In this document: piece by piece, positions 15,487 through 16,714 of the stretch
Layout of the letters: each line of letters begins with the position of its first letter
How positions within the stretch are numbered: position 1 is the first letter of the stretch
Source: Elusimicrobiota bacterium
GTDB lineage: Bacteria; Elusimicrobiota; Elusimicrobia; UBA1565; UBA9628
Reading direction: 5' to 3'
Assembly (NCBI GenBank): GCA_027319565.1
Contig: DAHVNA010000033.1
Coordinates: forward strand, 4,982-21,695
DNA: 16,714 nucleotides
Notes under the pieces: generated by a model
Database searches by the model: none
Seen by the model: only the letters and a program-made list of their open reading frames with translations
What the model was told of the DNA's origin: nothing
Position numbers and translations under genes: made by a program

Positions 15487-16577
15487 TAGTTTTCCAAGAC
15501 CCACACCGCATGAGACTGACCGCAAAGCCCGTATTGTCCATGGGCCACGGCGCGTTTGGCGTTTGAGATTTGATTTGAAGCCTGTCCGCGAAGCTGCAAG
15601 GACGCCTCGATCATCCGAACCAGGCCAGAAGCAATCCAGGCGTGAGCCGATAGACATCCGCCGGAAAGATTCACTCGGTTTAAATTCCGGTAATTGAGTT
15701 CTTCAAGCCACAAAAGTTCCTGATAGGAAAATTGTTCGGAAAGTTCTATTAAGTCAATCTGGGCCGTCGGATTGTCAATTCCGGCCATCTGATAGGCTTG
15801 ACGCGCCGCCAGTCTTAAGGCCTTCGATTCTGCGAGATTTCTTTCCCCTAGGGGAGCGTCGGCGCAAAGGCCCACCCCCCGAACCCAAATCGGGCGCTCG
15901 CTCTTTTTTTGGGCAAAGCTTTTGCTCGCCAGAATAATCGCGGCGGCTCCATCGGAAGACGGACAAACGTCGGTCTCTTTGAGCGGAGAAGCCAACAGCG
16001 GAGAACGCAGAGCCTCGTCAATCGTCAAGGGCTTCCTAAGATGGGCCTTGGGATTTTTGGCCCCATTGGCCCGGTTTTTAACGATTACATTTCCGCACTC
16101 GATATTGCCGATGTTTTTTTCTCTTAAGAAAACCCGCGCCTGAAGAGCGGCGGAGGAAACCCAATCAAGCCCCAAAGACCTCTCGGTCAAGGGATCGAAA
16201 AAAGCGTTGGTGAGCAGCCGTAAATCTCCTTCCGAGGATTTGGAATGGGCGACCACCAAGGTGGTATCGTAGTTTCCCGATAGAATGCGGCTAAGCCCGT
16301 AAAACGCGGCAAAGGTTCCGTCCCCTTCAACAGTTGAAATGCTTTTCCCGCCGCCAAAAGCCGCGCCGCAGGCGTCTCCGACGGCCATGCTGGAAATAGT
16401 TCTCCCATCGAAAAAATCGTTGGAAGCGGTGACAATATTGTCGATATTGGCGATGGAAAGCCTCGCATCCGACAGGGCCGCAGCCGTCGCTTCGTAAACC
16501 AGATCGGCATATGTTTGGTCTTTCCGATTGGAGCTAAACGCGGTTTGACCGACCCCAATGATCGCGACCGGCTCCAT
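15486..16577 (-). CDS. Thiolase-superfamily (SCP-x type) protein, Ltp4-like, lacking the acylating Cys
   Basis: VAIIGVGQT, SNDFFDGRTISSM, STVEGDGTFAAFYG (no Cys), NPKAHLR, CPSSDGAAAIILAS, VNLSGGCLSAHAWIASGLVR, AVAHG. Confidence 0.88.
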   Translation of the reverse strand: MEPVAIIGVGQTAFSSNRKDQTYADLVYEATAAALSDARLSIANIDNIVTASNDFFDGRTISSMAVGDACGAAFGGGKSISTVEGDGTFAAFYGLSRILSGNYDTTLVVAHSKSSEGDLRLLTNAFFDPLTERSLGLDWVSSAALQARVFLREKNIGNIECGNVIVKNRANGAKNPKAHLRKPLTIDEALRSPLLASPLKETDVCPSSDGAAAIILASKSFAQKKSERPIWVRGVGLCADAPLGERNLAESKALRLAARQAYQMAGIDNPTAQIDLIELSEQFSYQELLWLEELNYRNLNRVNLSGGCLSAHAWIASGLVRMIEASLQLRGQASNQISNAKRAVAHGQYGLCGQSHAVWVLEN

Positions 16578-16712
16578 TTAACTGACCACCTTAAAATAAG
16601 CGATATCTAAAATCGAGCCAACTCTTTTCTCGGCAAACACCGGGAGGACCTTGACCCCGATTTTAAGGCTTTGCAAATTAGTCTCCCCCAGCATATGGAG
16701 AAAAGAAGTGTC
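16578..16712 (-). CDS. C-terminal part of a second DUF35 OB-fold protein (5' part outside the window; absent from the ORF track)
   Basis: Manual translation DTSFLHMLGETNLQSLKIGVKVLPVFAEKRVGSILDIAYFKVVS* parallels the C-terminus of 13875..14354 (STQFQHFL...IGIRVKPVFAENRQGKLSDILHF). Its TAA directly abuts the next ATG. Confidence 0.88.
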   Translation of the reverse strand, partial: DTSFLHMLGETNLQSLKIGVKVLPVFAEKRVGSILDIAYFKVVS

Positions 16713-16714
16713 GG

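Noticed and set aside
15487..15657. 57-aa N-terminal extension of the 441-aa thiolase-like ORF in the track
   Set aside because: It overlaps the upstream gene. Thiolase-like sequence begins at MKRTAIVGCGQT (ATG 15486), which is coupled to the upstream stop by TAATG.

Overview
A gene-dense bacterial chromosomal window with no rRNA, tRNA, CRISPR array or transposase. An Elusimicrobiota-like origin is my inference from the gene style (signal peptide plus Pro/Ser/Ala-linker orphan proteins, near-leaderless starts). From left to right it carries: yajQ (5'-truncated), a secreted S9A prolyl oligopeptidase and an RluA-family pseudouridine synthase on +; a minus-strand run of rmlC, a KamA-family radical-SAM aminomutase, an exported PsbP-like protein, a 784-aa exported Pro/Ala-rich protein and a 730-aa HAD-phosphatase/double PQ-loop (SWEET-like) fusion; a divergent promoter region with four phased palindromic boxes; an exported HExxH metallopeptidase-like protein and dusB on +; then on minus a sensor-less histidine kinase, a MaoC hydratase and a DUF35/thiolase-like/thiolase-like/DUF35 cluster resembling the Ltp4/Ltp3 aldolase module. 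The most interesting observations are (1) the HAD plus full-length SWEET-like fusion, (2) an apparently active/inactive pair of zincin paralogues flanking it, (3) a 57-bp in-frame palindromic insertion bounded by a 7-bp direct repeat in the peptidase gene, (4) the four-box operator array, and (5) -10 hexamers placed 6-7 nt before five start codons, suggesting leaderless transcripts. All calls are from motif reading by eye; no database searches were run.
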